In this document: positions 37,406 through 47,786 of the stretch, one piece after another
How positions within the stretch are numbered: the first letter of the stretch is position 1
How the letters are laid out: each line of letters begins with the position of its first letter
From: Candidatus Woesearchaeota archaeon CG1_02_57_44
Lineage (GTDB): Archaea; Nanobdellota; Nanobdellia; Woesearchaeales; CG1-02-57-44
Reading direction: 5' to 3'
NCBI GenBank assembly: GCA_001871415.1
Contig: MNWW01000058.1
Coordinates: 1 to 64,000 of the forward strand
DNA length: 64,000 nt
The notes under the pieces: generated by a model
What the model was told of the DNA's origin: nothing
The model's database searches: none
The model's input: only the letters and a program-made list of their open reading frames with translations
Program-made: the position numbers and the translations under genes

Positions 37406-39451
37406 CTATTTATGCGCTTTGCTTTTCTTGACAGAATGGGACGGAGCAGGAGGATCAGCAGGGTCAATATGCTGTAAGACTGCACCCGAAGCAGTAGCAT
37501 CTGCTACAGGCACAGTCAATTCCTTGACTATCTTCGCGATGAGCTTTCCGTCCGCCTTGCCTCGCAGCTCCTTCATGACCATGCCCATGAGCGCGTTGGG
37601 AGGAGCGTCTCCTGCCTCAGCAGCGATGGCAGCGACTCGCTTTCGCACCTCACCTTCAGCGAGCTGCCCATAGGAAGCGATAGCATCCGCCGCGCCAGTG
37701 CCCTGGATGATGGCGCAGAAAACTTCGGCAGCGGCTTCTTTCGCGATGCTGCCAGCATCAAGCGCAGCGACCACAGCGTCAAAATCCTTCTGCTTGACCT
37801 TTTCCGGGTCAAGCCCCAGACGCTTCTTGATGTCCTTGGGTATAGTCAACAGCAACTGCGCGATGAATCCTGGTTCCAGCGATGTGCTCTTGCAATAATG
37901 GTCAAAGAGCTCATGCTTGTCTTTCGCGAGTGTGCGCGCCAGGTCAGCAGGAACGCCAGCAGAGACATAGCGCGCTTCACGCTCTTCAATGAGTTCAGGG
38001 ATCTCGACAGCTGACAGGTCAGGAACCACTGGCCCTAAATCAGTCTCAGGGTACATGCGTGCGCTGCCAGGCATCCAGCGCATGAAGCTCGTGGTGCCGT
38101 CAGCATTCGCGCGTCTGACTTCCTCGACATTGCCAACAACAGCAAGCTGCGCCCGGCACAGCGCCGCTGCCAGTGCCCGCTTTGCCTGCGCCTCAGGGGC
38201 AGCGACTATGATGAACGCGTCAGCGGCGTGGTTGCATGACGCATCGTCCTTATGATTGTGCGCCGCGATGCCAAGCGCCTTGCGCACGGCAGCAACCTCG
38301 CTATCGCTCACACCGTAATTGGGAAGCTCATCAGAATGAAACAGCCCTTTGACACCAGCAGCGACTTTCGCGTGATCCGAAAGCTCGCTGCCCAGGCGAC
38401 GGCCACCAGTACCAGGGATCAACTCGCGGCCGAGTAGCCCCACAAACCTCGGCAATCGGACTGCCCACGCAGAACCGGACGCATGTATGACCTTGCACTC
38501 GGTTCCCGCAAAGCAGGAGGTGACCTCCATCAGCGTCGGGAGCTCCCCCTGCATTCCAGCTTTCTTCTCATCCTTCTTTGTATCTCTCTGTTCTTCCCCG
38601 TTCACTCCGGTCGCATCAACGCCGAGCGCGCCGCGCTTAGCCAGCTCCTTCGCAATTATGGAGAGCGAATGCTGCCGCGCCATCTCGTTGGTAATCAGCG
38701 TCGGTATGGCCTTGAGCTCTTGCGCGCCCTTTATCTCGACGCGCTTGCCGTCAGGGATGCTGACATTGACATCCTGCCTTATGCTGCCGATGCCGCGTTT
38801 GGCCTTGCCGGTGCTGCGGATGAGCAAACCAAGCTTCTCTGCGACCTCGCGCGCGTGCTCCGGGCTCTTGATATCTGGCGCAGTGCCTATCTCTATCAAA
38901 GGCGTACCCAGCCGGTCCAGCCCATAGCGCACCACATCGCTCTTCTGCTCGATGATCCTCGCGGCTTCTTCCTCAAGGCAGATACTGTCGATGCGCACCG
39001 CGCCCTCGCTGGTCTCCAGCACGCCACCCATAGCGACGAGCGCCGTGCGTTGGAATCCAGACGTATTACTTCCGTCCACCACGGTCTTGCGCATGACAAA
39101 AATCTCGTCCACGACCCTTGCCTTGAGCATGGCCGCGACCTGCAGGACAACCTGCAAAGCAGCTGCATTCATCGGCGCCGGCGGCTCCTCGTCAAGCTCT
39201 ATCTCGCAGCACGTGGCAGGTGTCCCTTCATACTGGAAGGTCCTGTCCCTGCCTGTCTCCATGGCAGCAGCTGTATCGACTTTGCCGGTCTCGCCCGCCA
39301 CACCGCGAAGCTTGCGCCGCACGATGATGCTCGCCGTATCGAAGCTCTCGCCTGAGCAGCGGCAGAAAAGCTTGCCCGTATCCAGTTGCTGGTGTATCTC
39401 CAGGCCGCACTTGAGAGTGACTGGTGCAGGAGAATCCTTCTTAGCTACCAT
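37406..39451 (-). CDS. gatE: Glu-tRNA(Gln) amidotransferase subunit E
   Basis: CGLEIHQQL, RKTVVDGSNTSGFQRT, RQDVNVSI, FHSDELP, RMYPETD. Confidence 0.96.
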   Translation of the reverse strand: MVAKKDSPAPVTLKCGLEIHQQLDTGKLFCRCSGESFDTASIIVRRKLRGVAGETGKVDTAAAMETGRDRTFQYEGTPATCCEIELDEEPPAPMNAAALQVVLQVAAMLKARVVDEIFVMRKTVVDGSNTSGFQRTALVAMGGVLETSEGAVRIDSICLEEEAARIIEQKSDVVRYGLDRLGTPLIEIGTAPDIKSPEHAREVAEKLGLLIRSTGKAKRGIGSIRQDVNVSIPDGKRVEIKGAQELKAIPTLITNEMARQHSLSIIAKELAKRGALGVDATGVNGEEQRDTKKDEKKAGMQGELPTLMEVTSCFAGTECKVIHASGSAWAVRLPRFVGLLGRELIPGTGGRRLGSELSDHAKVAAGVKGLFHSDELPNYGVSDSEVAAVRKALGIAAHNHKDDASCNHAADAFIIVAAPEAQAKRALAAALCRAQLAVVGNVEEVRRANADGTTSFMRWMPGSARMYPETDLGPVVPDLSAVEIPELIEEREARYVSAGVPADLARTLAKDKHELFDHYCKSTSLEPGFIAQLLLTIPKDIKKRLGLDPEKVKQKDFDAVVAALDAGSIAKEAAAEVFCAIIQGTGAADAIASYGQLAEGEVRKRVAAIAAEAGDAPPNALMGMVMKELRGKADGKLIAKIVKELTVPVADATASGAVLQHIDPADPPAPSHSVKKSKAHK

Positions 39452-39574
39452 GATACCTCAGCAAGAGACTGCCGGTCATTATAAGGTTTGCGGGAAGCAG
39501 AACGTTCGCAAGGACGTTGGCATCGTAATGAATGTCATTTCCCCTCTACTGACTCTCCCCTGTTGACTCCTACC

Positions 39575-40456
39575 CTACTGGTGCACTAGAAAGCTGACCA
39601 CACCATGGAACATGGTCGCGTTGCGCCACAGCGCATCCCCGCTCTGTCCCGAGAACAACGCATTCAGTGGCCGGGTCGTTATGGTCACCGGGCATTTGCC
39701 GCTGCCGCTGCGATGGCTACCAATGGATGCGATGTAGCTTGCTACATCATCACAGAATCCGCCGTCGTGGTCAAGCACCAGGGTGACGCCCTTGTACAGC
39801 TGCACATATGTCGCATCGCCATAGCTCATCTCGCGCGATCCCCCTTGACCATAAGCCACGTTACCACCATCTCCATTGCCATCAGCCATCGTATCAGTAT
39901 CACTGTTGCATACAACTTCCTTGGAATCCGCCCTCGTACGGTCGGCTAATGTTTTCAACAGCTTCCGCAGCGCGTCGACAGTTGCGGTGAACTGCTCTGG
40001 CTCAACGAACAGCAAATACCCTGCGGGGTTCGCCAGCGACGGCCCTTGCGCGAATTCCAGCGTAAGATACTCAAGTATCTCCTGCAGAGTCGCGTACCTC
40101 ACTGCCGAGCGCGCGAGCTCAGCGTAGGCAATGTCTTCTGCGTCCATGCGCTCGCGCCATACCTCGCAAAAGAAGCTGCGACAGATGAGCGGCCGATGTT
40201 CCGGCACCAGGCAACGACCTCCACGCCTGGTCCATGCTCTGCGATAGAAAAAAGGCTCGTCAGTATCCTTGTGATTCTTGAACGCGCCATGTCGCGTGAG
40301 CAACCCCTCGCGGTCGAGGCGTTCACGCAGTACCTCATCCTGCGCCATGCCGCGCTTCACGAGACCAGGATCGCAGGCGCCAGGTGTGCAGCACGTGCCG
40401 GTGCGTAGCCGCTCGCCGAGCGCCGCGGCTGGATTGCCAGGATAGGTATTGGTCAT
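39575..40456 (-). CDS. Cys-cluster protein (YkgJ/CxxCxxCC-like N-terminal domain)
   Basis: TCC..., C..PEHRPLICRSFFC. Confidence 0.55.
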   Translation of the reverse strand: MTNTYPGNPAAALGERLRTGTCCTPGACDPGLVKRGMAQDEVLRERLDREGLLTRHGAFKNHKDTDEPFFYRRAWTRRGGRCLVPEHRPLICRSFFCEVWRERMDAEDIAYAELARSAVRYATLQEILEYLTLEFAQGPSLANPAGYLLFVEPEQFTATVDALRKLLKTLADRTRADSKEVVCNSDTDTMADGNGDGGNVAYGQGGSREMSYGDATYVQLYKGVTLVLDHDGGFCDDVASYIASIGSHRSGSGKCPVTITTRPLNALFSGQSGDALWRNATMFHGVVSFLVHQ

Positions 40457-40627
40457 GGGATCCTCAGGGCATCAGTGGACACGCACTAAATCTACTTCGC
40501 ACGTCCCATGATTAAGTAGTTTGTGGTACTGGAACTGAAGCGCAGATATTGAATAATGCCCTTATCAGACGTCAGGAGTTAGTGGTGCTCCTTCACGGTC
40601 TCTTGGAGCAGGGGTGGCAAGGTTCTG

Positions 40628-42079
40628 CTATTGCCTCTGGTAGTTGGGCGACTCCTTGGTTATCGTGACGCTGTGAGGGTGCGACTCTGCCATGCTGCCC
40701 GGGCTAATTTGGATGAGCGTGCTTCGGGTCTTCATATCTTCAATTGTCCTGCAGCCGGAATCACACATGCCCTTCTGCAGTCCACCGACGAGCTGATGCA
40801 GGTAGTGCCCTAGTGGTCCCTTGTATGGCACAATGCCTTCGATGCCTTCGGGCACCAGGTCATTGTCGTGTACGCCTGCTTGCAGATAGCGATCCTTGCT
40901 GCCTTTTTTCATGGCTTCGATGCTGCCCATGCCGCGGTATTCCTTGTAGGATCTGCCATTGATGATGACTGTCTCGCCTGGCGATTCGTCGGTTCCGGCA
41001 AAGAGATTGCCGATCATGACGCAGTCCGCACCGGCCGCGATGGCTTTCGGGATGTCGCCCGCGTATTTGATGCCGCCATCCGCTATCACCGGCACGTCGC
41101 GTATTCCTGCGGTGACATCCATGATGGCTGATATCTGTGGAACGCCGATGCCGGTGACCACCCTGGTCGTGCAGATGCTGCCGGGGCCGATGCCCACCTT
41201 GATGCCATCAGCACCTGCCTCGATGAGATGACGCGCCGTGTCAGCGGTGGCTACATTGCCTGCGACAATGTCGACATCATAAGCGGATTTGAGCTTGGCG
41301 AGCGCGTCGATGACAAACTGGCTGTTGCCATGGGCGGTATCAAGGACAATGACATCGACGCCTGCCTCGACCAGCGCTCCTGCGCGCTCGAGCATCTCGC
41401 CGCTAGGGCCCACCGCTGCTCCCACTATCAGGCGTCCTTCAGGATCAGTCACGGTCCGGGGGAAGGTCATGTCCCGGCGCACGTCCTTGATGGTGAAGAG
41501 CCCTGCCACCTTGCCGAAATCATCGACCAAGGGCAGCTTCTCGATGCGATGCTTGTAGAGTATCTCCTTTGCCTCATCAAGCGTGGTCCCCGGCCTTGCG
41601 GTGATGACCTTCTCGGTCATTATCTCGCGCAGCTTCTTTCCCGGGTCATTCTGGAACCAGAGGTCCCTGCTGGTGACGATGCCTGCCAGCTTGTCGTCCT
41701 CGACCAGCAGGATGCCTGACATGCCATTCTCCTGCTCCATCCTGCGGGCGTCAGCGACGGTGTGGTTCGGCGTGAGCGTGTAGGGCTGCGGTATCAGGCC
41801 ACCACGGAAGCGCTTGACTTTCCTGACCTCCTCTGCCTGCTGCTCGATGGTGAGATTGCGATGGATGATGCCGATGCCGCCCTGCAGGGCCATGGCGATA
41901 GCGAGCCGATGTTCGGTCACGGTGTCCATGGCGGCGCTCGCAAGGGGGATGTTCAGGCGGATATTGCGGCTGAATCGGGTCGCAAGCTCGGTCTCTTCTG
42001 GAAGAAAATCGCTGTGCTTTGGTTTGAGCAGAACGTCGTCAAAAGTCAGATAGGGAGTCTCTTCGATGTGGCGTGCCAT
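40628..42079 (-). CDS. guaB: IMP dehydrogenase
   Basis: [20 protein letters not shown] pair, [18 protein letters not shown]. Confidence 0.97.
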   Translation of the reverse strand: MARHIEETPYLTFDDVLLKPKHSDFLPEETELATRFSRNIRLNIPLASAAMDTVTEHRLAIAMALQGGIGIIHRNLTIEQQAEEVRKVKRFRGGLIPQPYTLTPNHTVADARRMEQENGMSGILLVEDDKLAGIVTSRDLWFQNDPGKKLREIMTEKVITARPGTTLDEAKEILYKHRIEKLPLVDDFGKVAGLFTIKDVRRDMTFPRTVTDPEGRLIVGAAVGPSGEMLERAGALVEAGVDVIVLDTAHGNSQFVIDALAKLKSAYDVDIVAGNVATADTARHLIEAGADGIKVGIGPGSICTTRVVTGIGVPQISAIMDVTAGIRDVPVIADGGIKYAGDIPKAIAAGADCVMIGNLFAGTDESPGETVIINGRSYKEYRGMGSIEAMKKGSKDRYLQAGVHDNDLVPEGIEGIVPYKGPLGHYLHQLVGGLQKGMCDSGCRTIEDMKTRSTLIQISPGSMAESHPHSVTITKESPNYQRQ

Positions 42080-42190
42080 TGGAGGGGTATGTTCGTGGGA
42101 GTTTATAAAAGTTATCGGAAGTGTTATTATGTTGGTCTCATACCTCGTCTCTTATGCGTCTGTTGCATCGCTGGTGCAGGGTGATTCTCC

Positions 42191-42712
42191 ATGGCACTGA
42201 AGCTTGACGTGGGATCTGCAATGACTCTGATTGAGCGTAGTCTATTTCATTATCCGCGCGCTCCCCTACAGGGTCTTCTGGACCTGCTTGAGCAATCGCC
42301 CGTGGTCTGCGCCACAACGCATCTTAATGGGCCCTTGCGGATCGGAGACCGAGAATACAACGGAGGCATTGCTGTCTATCCTTTCAGCATGGGACACTTC
42401 CCGATGGAGGCGGTCTCATCTCAGGTCGATCCCCTCTTCATGACCGTGGTCAGGACAGAAGGGGACACTGCTTATCATGAGCTGTTGTATCCGGCGCCGA
42501 TCGCTCGGCCACGTCTGGCCGACCCGGAAGGGCAGATAGTCGCGTTGCATCGGTCGGTCGCGCAGTATCTCTCTGAGCATGGGGCAGAGCTCACCTCTCC
42601 GAGGACTGAACAGGGAGGGACTCATTTCGGCCCTGTCCGCTACAAGCAGTACGATGTCGTGTCGTGCCGATCACCGCTCGATGTCGCCTTCCTGCGCGAT
42701 AGACCTGCTTGA
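42191..42712 (+). CDS. Hypothetical protein
   Basis: GGGTGA before the ATG; fills the gap. Confidence 0.55.
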   Translation: MALKLDVGSAMTLIERSLFHYPRAPLQGLLDLLEQSPVVCATTHLNGPLRIGDREYNGGIAVYPFSMGHFPMEAVSSQVDPLFMTVVRTEGDTAYHELLYPAPIARPRLADPEGQIVALHRSVAQYLSEHGAELTSPRTEQGGTHFGPVRYKQYDVVSCRSPLDVAFLRDRPA

Positions 42713-42741
42713 GAATCGCTGTCATCGGGCGGGTGTTGGCT

Positions 42742-44259
42742 TTATTGTATCGGCTGCTGCCCCTTCTCGCCGACCTGCTCCTTGAGCGACCTTGCCACTG
42801 CTGGATTGAGCAGGGCCGCGAGCTGCCCGAGCGACGCGCGCCGGACATCCCCGACAGAGCGGATGTTCGCGTTCCAGAGCATCCTGGCTCGCACGCGACC
42901 GATATCACGGAACTTCAGGAGCGCCAGGAGCTCTTCTCTCGCTCCATGCTTCATGCGGACGCGAAGCATCGCGGAGTAGGTCGCTGCCTTGGCCTGACCG
43001 GTGATGCGGCAGAGCTCATTGGCGCAGTACAGCAGCCAGTCAGCCTGCAGCCGATGGCTATAGATCTCGCCTGGCCTAATGCTGTATTTGTCCAGGATAC
43101 TCTCTTCGTCCTGCTCGTCTATCCAGTCCAGGAACATGGCTGCCAGCTTCGCCGCTCCCATGAATGCCGTGTAATCAGGGCTGTACAGGGGGGGTTCAAG
43201 CGCCAACAGGTCTGATCCCAGGATGAGGGCATCAAGCATCTCCATCTCCTTGGCGCGAGGCCTTGGCTGGAAGAATTCACTCGATGAGGTCAGGAGGTGG
43301 AGCACACCGAATGGCGAGAGGATGGTCGCGCGGGCAAAGCCGTCCAGGATGTGTCGGGCTGCCAGGGGATCCAAGTAGAGCTCTGCGACGCGGCGGCCAA
43401 GCGGTGTGGGTCTGATGCGGGCAGTATCGGGTTTGTCCAGATCAGCTGCGCTGATGAAGCCAATGTCTTTGGCTCTGGATGATGATGTATTTGAGGATTC
43501 CTCGGACTGCACAAAGCCCCATTCCTCCAGCTGTTCGGTCGCTGCCGCGACGCGTTGCCCGATGCGGCCTAAATCCTTGAACTGGCTCGCGTAGAAAGTC
43601 TTGCTGAAGATGTCCATGAGTGATGCATGGCTATTGGCGAAGCCTGTCGCGATGAGGGAGAGCACATAGGTCCGCAGGGTCTTCTCATTAGCCAGCTTGC
43701 TGATTATCTCTTCAGGCAGGCCGTTGAAGTAGGTATCTATGATGTCCTGCTTCTCTGCTTCGGATCCCGCTATGCAGATGGCTTCGCCATAGTCTTCTTT
43801 GCCAGGCCTTCCTGCGCGCCCGAACATCTGCTGCACCTCCAGCACGGGCAGGGGCACCATGCCTCCCTGTCCGAAGCGGCGCAAATCGCGGACAATGCAG
43901 CGGAAGGCTGGCAAGTCCATACCGAACGCCAAGGTGGGGGTGGCGCTGATGATGCGTATGGTCCCGGCGCGAAAGGCGTCCTCGATGAGTTCGCGCTGCT
44001 TATGCACTAACCCTGCATGGTGGTACGCGACGCCCTTTCGCAGACAGAGCGCCAGCCTGGCGCATTGCTTGGTCGGGCGGCTGAGGGCTTTGAGCGCTTG
44101 GGCCGCGAGCAGCTCCCATTCGGGTTGCGTGTCTTTTATCTGCTTCGCGATGTCTTCAGCCACTTTTTCCGCGCTGCGCTTCGAATTGACAAAAATGAGC
44201 GCTTGCTTGCGCATGTTGATAGTGTCAAGGGCTATTTCGACTGCAGGAGGGATTGGCAT
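42742..44259 (-). CDS. Hel308/Ski2-like helicase lacking the N-terminal RecA1 domain
   Basis: ALIFVNSKR, YHHAGL, ATPTLAFGMDLP, QMFGRAGRP, IGRVRAR HhH; no Walker A or DExH. Confidence 0.85.
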   Translation of the reverse strand: MPIPPAVEIALDTINMRKQALIFVNSKRSAEKVAEDIAKQIKDTQPEWELLAAQALKALSRPTKQCARLALCLRKGVAYHHAGLVHKQRELIEDAFRAGTIRIISATPTLAFGMDLPAFRCIVRDLRRFGQGGMVPLPVLEVQQMFGRAGRPGKEDYGEAICIAGSEAEKQDIIDTYFNGLPEEIISKLANEKTLRTYVLSLIATGFANSHASLMDIFSKTFYASQFKDLGRIGQRVAAATEQLEEWGFVQSEESSNTSSSRAKDIGFISAADLDKPDTARIRPTPLGRRVAELYLDPLAARHILDGFARATILSPFGVLHLLTSSSEFFQPRPRAKEMEMLDALILGSDLLALEPPLYSPDYTAFMGAAKLAAMFLDWIDEQDEESILDKYSIRPGEIYSHRLQADWLLYCANELCRITGQAKAATYSAMLRVRMKHGAREELLALLKFRDIGRVRARMLWNANIRSVGDVRRASLGQLAALLNPAVARSLKEQVGEKGQQPIQ

Positions 44260-44300
44260 TACCTGATGGCGAAGGTGTGGGGTGCTTTATGGTTTGCGGA

Positions 44301-44738
44301 TTACTCCTGCAGAAATGTTCTGAAATAAACTCCCTGATTGTTCTGGTACTCCAGGGCTTGCAGCCATTTTTCCGTATCTGGCTGCTTGCGTGGAACAAAA
44401 TAGATGCTTGCTGGCATGGACAAGGTATGGCTCAAAAGGATTGCTGCCTCATGCACCATGCTCATCGCTTTGGTTCCGTACCCCTGCCTTTGTACTGATG
44501 CCTTGCGGTGCGCGTTTCTCAGGACAAGGCCCTCAAGCCAGTCATGATTTGGTTCGTAATGGAACGCAAGTTGCACATTGGGCTGATTGTCATGGTCTGC
44601 CCAGGAGAACTGGATGAACGCACACCTGATGCCGTAGACTACGCGTCCCAATGCCCAGGGTTGTTCACGGGTTTGTGCTTCTGGTGATGTGCAGACTGTC
44701 TGCAGGATTTCCGAAAGCTCTGCGATTTCTTGTGCCAT
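44301..44738 (-). CDS. GNAT-like hypothetical protein
   Basis: VQRQGYGTKAM acetyl-CoA motif A; lower GC. Confidence 0.55.
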   Translation of the reverse strand: MAQEIAELSEILQTVCTSPEAQTREQPWALGRVVYGIRCAFIQFSWADHDNQPNVQLAFHYEPNHDWLEGLVLRNAHRKASVQRQGYGTKAMSMVHEAAILLSHTLSMPASIYFVPRKQPDTEKWLQALEYQNNQGVYFRTFLQE

Positions 44739-44842
44739 GCGCTCCTGCGGAAAATTGTACTGATTCAAGTTATTAATTATTTTCAATAATGAAACTAATT
44801 GTGGGGGATTGATTTATTTACCTGGGGCTATTCTACTGGTGC

Positions 44843-45418
44843 ATGCGCTTAAAGAATGCCTGGTCGCTTTGTGGTCTGCTGCTGTGCTTGGTGACGTTTG
44901 GTGTATCGCTAGCGTCAGTCGGTGGCAGCAGTGCTTTCTACCTTTCTCATGGCGGACAGAATGTTAGTGTGTATAAAGGCTTCGTTCTATATAATATAGG
45001 GATTGCTGACGCATTGCCTGTGGAGCTGCCTTCGGATGAGGCAGAGCATATGGTTGATGTGCGCCGTGTAGTGGAGCGCATTGGTATGCTGGCTCTCTTA
45101 TCGCTGCTTGGGGTCGTGCTCTTGTGGAAAGGGTTGGATGAATGGGGCCGTAAGCTGTCCTTGATCGTTGCGGGGGTCCTTGGCCTTGCCACTTCAGTAT
45201 TCTTGCTGCTCGCGGCGTATATGAGTTTCAACGTGTTTTTTACTGTCTTCCATGAGCTCTTTTTCTCAGCTGGCAGCTGGCAGTTCGGCCCTGACAGCGT
45301 GCTGCTTGCCTTGTATCCTCAGCAGTATTGGATAGCGTTCTTTCTCGGGATTCTTGGGCGGTGGGTTGTTCTGTCGATTCTTATGCTGCTTATTGGGTCT
45401 ACTGGGAGAGATCCTTGA
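44843..45418 (+). CDS. DUF1461/TIGR01906 (Lit-like) membrane protein
   Basis: EAEHMVDVRR, FTVFHELFF..GSWQF...LLALYP. Confidence 0.8.
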   Translation: MRLKNAWSLCGLLLCLVTFGVSLASVGGSSAFYLSHGGQNVSVYKGFVLYNIGIADALPVELPSDEAEHMVDVRRVVERIGMLALLSLLGVVLLWKGLDEWGRKLSLIVAGVLGLATSVFLLLAAYMSFNVFFTVFHELFFSAGSWQFGPDSVLLALYPQQYWIAFFLGILGRWVVLSILMLLIGSTGRDP

Positions 45419-45452
45419 CTCACTGACGCTGCTTGGTAGAGAAAGAACCACA

Positions 45453-45526
45453 CGCCCTCGCGAGGATTTGAACCCCGGTTTCAGGGTCCGGAACCCTGCG
45501 TCCTATCCAGGCTAGACTACGAGGGC
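45453..45526 (-). tRNA. tRNA-Arg(CCG)
   Basis: CAGGG-TTCCGGA-CCCTG anticodon arm, GGTTCAAATCC. Confidence 0.95.
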
Positions 45527-45614
45527 ATCGCACAGGAAGTGAAGGTCGCTGTGTTGCTTTGGCAGTCTCTTGCTGCCATTTGGTCATTTGCTACTATTTC
45601 TTGCTGTCATTATA

Positions 45615-45688
45615 TGCCCACGCGAGGATTTGAACCCCGGTTTCAAGGTCCGCAACCTTGCGTCCTATCCAGGCTAGACTACGCGGGC
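45615..45688 (-). tRNA. tRNA-Arg(GCG)
   Basis: CAAGG-TTGCGGA-CCTTG anticodon arm, GGTTCAAATCC. Confidence 0.95.
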
Positions 45689-45716
45689 GTACTTCCCAGC
45701 ATTTACGAGGCCATTA

Positions 45717-46277
45717 TTAACCCTTTTCCTTCTGCCAGATTATCTTGTTGTCTCCAAGCATGCCCATGTCGAGCATATTCCTGAAATTTTCCTTAGTCAT
45801 TGGTGTTGGAACAATGGTAAATCCTTGCTCGTGGCGTATCTCAGCAATAATTCGCTTGACTTGTTCAATTTCCAGGGTTCCAACAATATTTCCCACAATG
45901 ATGATGAATGCCCTAGTCTTGGTTGGTTCTCCCTGTAGCACTACTTGTTCAACCTGGCGCAGGGAGCTTATCTGTTTGAGGAAGATGCCCAGGGGATCTA
46001 CTTCTTCCTTGAATATCCCTCCTAAAATCTTTGCTTCCTTGCCCGTACCCATTCTATACAGTCTGGTTCTTCCTGCTTTGCTTTCATCTAAGACTTTCTT
46101 ATCGGCAAATCCGAGCAGTATCCGGTGCGCTGAAGCCATAGGGATCTCCAGCTGGTCTGCTGCTTCTTTGAGATACCATAGCTTTTCAGGATTCGCTGCG
46201 AACATCTTGAGCAGTTCTACTGTTCTTTGCTCCATTATCAGGGATAAGGCACGCACCAAATCCCGCTGCTCATCCAT
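45717..46277 (-). CDS. wHTH regulator fused to a degenerate minimal-nucleotidyltransferase-like domain
   Basis: LKEAADQLEIPMASAHRIL..GRTRLY; VVLQGE..AFIIIVG lacks catalytic Asp residues. Confidence 0.65.
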   Translation of the reverse strand: MDEQRDLVRALSLIMEQRTVELLKMFAANPEKLWYLKEAADQLEIPMASAHRILLGFADKKVLDESKAGRTRLYRMGTGKEAKILGGIFKEEVDPLGIFLKQISSLRQVEQVVLQGEPTKTRAFIIIVGNIVGTLEIEQVKRIIAEIRHEQGFTIVPTPMTKENFRNMLDMGMLGDNKIIWQKEKG

Positions 46278-46458
46278 GTCAAATGTCCTGGCAGTTCTCC
46301 AATATATAGTTTTCTATTATGAAATTGTATTCCAAAATATGAATCCAATACCATTTCTTGTTTAAACTCTATTATTACCATTTTCGCTTGGTTTGTGTAA
46401 TGGTTGTTTTATAATATGTTGTTTTTAGTATATAAATAAAGGGCAAAAAAACGAAATG

Positions 46459-46466
46459 TTTAAATA
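46459..46466 (+). promoter_or_regulatory. TATA box of ftsZ with purine-rich BRE upstream
   Basis: AAAAAAACGAAATG-TTTAAATA. Confidence 0.55.
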
Positions 46467-46576
46467 GTAGTATTGCCAGAATGAAAACCCTGGTTAGGGA
46501 GTGCGTAGAAGGGGTTTAGGGGCATTGGCCTAGCCAATAGAGGTCAAAAAAACAAAAGACAAGGGGGAGCGAGAGC

Positions 46577-47647
46577 ATGGATTTCATCATACAGAACGCC
46601 CTAAAGGACACCGAAAATAAGTTCGAAGGAGTGAACATAGGCCAGGCCAATATCAAGGTTATTGGCTGTGGCGGCGCTGGAAATAACATGGTCGATTGGC
46701 TCTATAAGAAAGGAGTCAAGGGAGCAGAAATTCTCGCGTGCAACACTGATCAACAGCATCTCATGATGACTGAAGCGGACAAGAAATTTCTTATGGGCCG
46801 CGAACTCACCAAAGGCCTTGGTTGCGGAGGCTTTCCGGAGCGCGGCGCTGAAGCCGCAAAGGAGAGCATCCAGGAGATTAAGGATACACTCAAGTCCTCA
46901 GACATGGTCTTTGTCTGCGGTGGCATGGGCGGCGGAACCGGAACCGGCAGTTGTCCTGTCGTAGCGCAGGTCGCAAAGGACGCAGGCGCCATCGTCATCG
47001 GTACGGTCACCATGCCGTTCAAGATTGAGCGTGCTCGCGTTGATAAGGCTGAATTCGGCCTGCAGCAATTGCGCAAGGTCTCTGACACCGTCATTGTCAT
47101 CGACAACAACAGGCTTGTGCAGATAGCGGGCAACCTGCCCATCAAGCAGGCGTTCGCGGTCGCAAACGAGCTCGTCGCCACCATGATCAAAGGCATTGTC
47201 GAGACTATCGCGATTCCGTCCCTGGTCAACCTGGACTTCGCAGACGTGAAGGCCATCATGACTGACGGCGGCGTAGCGGCTATCGGCGTTGGCGCATCAG
47301 ATACCAACAACAGGGTCGAAGAGGCGGTGAAAGGCGCACTCACCAATCCGCTGCTTGATATCAGCTATCAGGGCGCAACCGGAGCTATCCTGCATGTGCA
47401 CGGTGGCCCGGACATGACCCTTGATGACATCAACCGGATAGGCGACCTTGTAACTGAAGCCATGGATGATGACGCAAACGTCATCTGGGGAGCCCGCGTC
47501 ACTGATGACATGAAAGGTAAGGTGACGGTGATGACCATCATTACTGGCGTCAAGAGCCCCTGGATCCTGGGCAAGCCCAACTACAGGCAACCGACGCCGC
47601 AGCAGGCACACCTGAGCGATGAGCTCGGGATAGAGATCCTGCGCTGA
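46577..47647 (+). CDS. ftsZ: Cell division protein FtsZ
   Basis: GCGGAGNN, NTD, GMGGGTGTG, NLDFADV. Confidence 0.98.
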   Translation: MDFIIQNALKDTENKFEGVNIGQANIKVIGCGGAGNNMVDWLYKKGVKGAEILACNTDQQHLMMTEADKKFLMGRELTKGLGCGGFPERGAEAAKESIQEIKDTLKSSDMVFVCGGMGGGTGTGSCPVVAQVAKDAGAIVIGTVTMPFKIERARVDKAEFGLQQLRKVSDTVIVIDNNRLVQIAGNLPIKQAFAVANELVATMIKGIVETIAIPSLVNLDFADVKAIMTDGGVAAIGVGASDTNNRVEEAVKGALTNPLLDISYQGATGAILHVHGGPDMTLDDINRIGDLVTEAMDDDANVIWGARVTDDMKGKVTVMTIITGVKSPWILGKPNYRQPTPQQAHLSDELGIEILR

Positions 47648-47670
47648 CGATAAAAACCCCTTTAGTCAGT

Positions 47671-47749
47671 GCGGCCTTCCTGCCTTCATCTCACCCCCCG
47701 AGATGCTGGCAACGCCAACCTCTTTCTTTGAAGGCCGCCATTTTTTTTT
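47671..47749 (+). terminator. Nested hairpin plus T9 run after ftsZ
   Basis: GCGGCCTTC/GAAGGCCGC outer stem; TGCC/GGCA and CATCTC/GAGATG inner stems; T-run 47741-47749. Confidence 0.65.
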
Positions 47750-47786
47750 CACAAACAACAAATAGCGGGTGCTATTTTCCTGCCTT

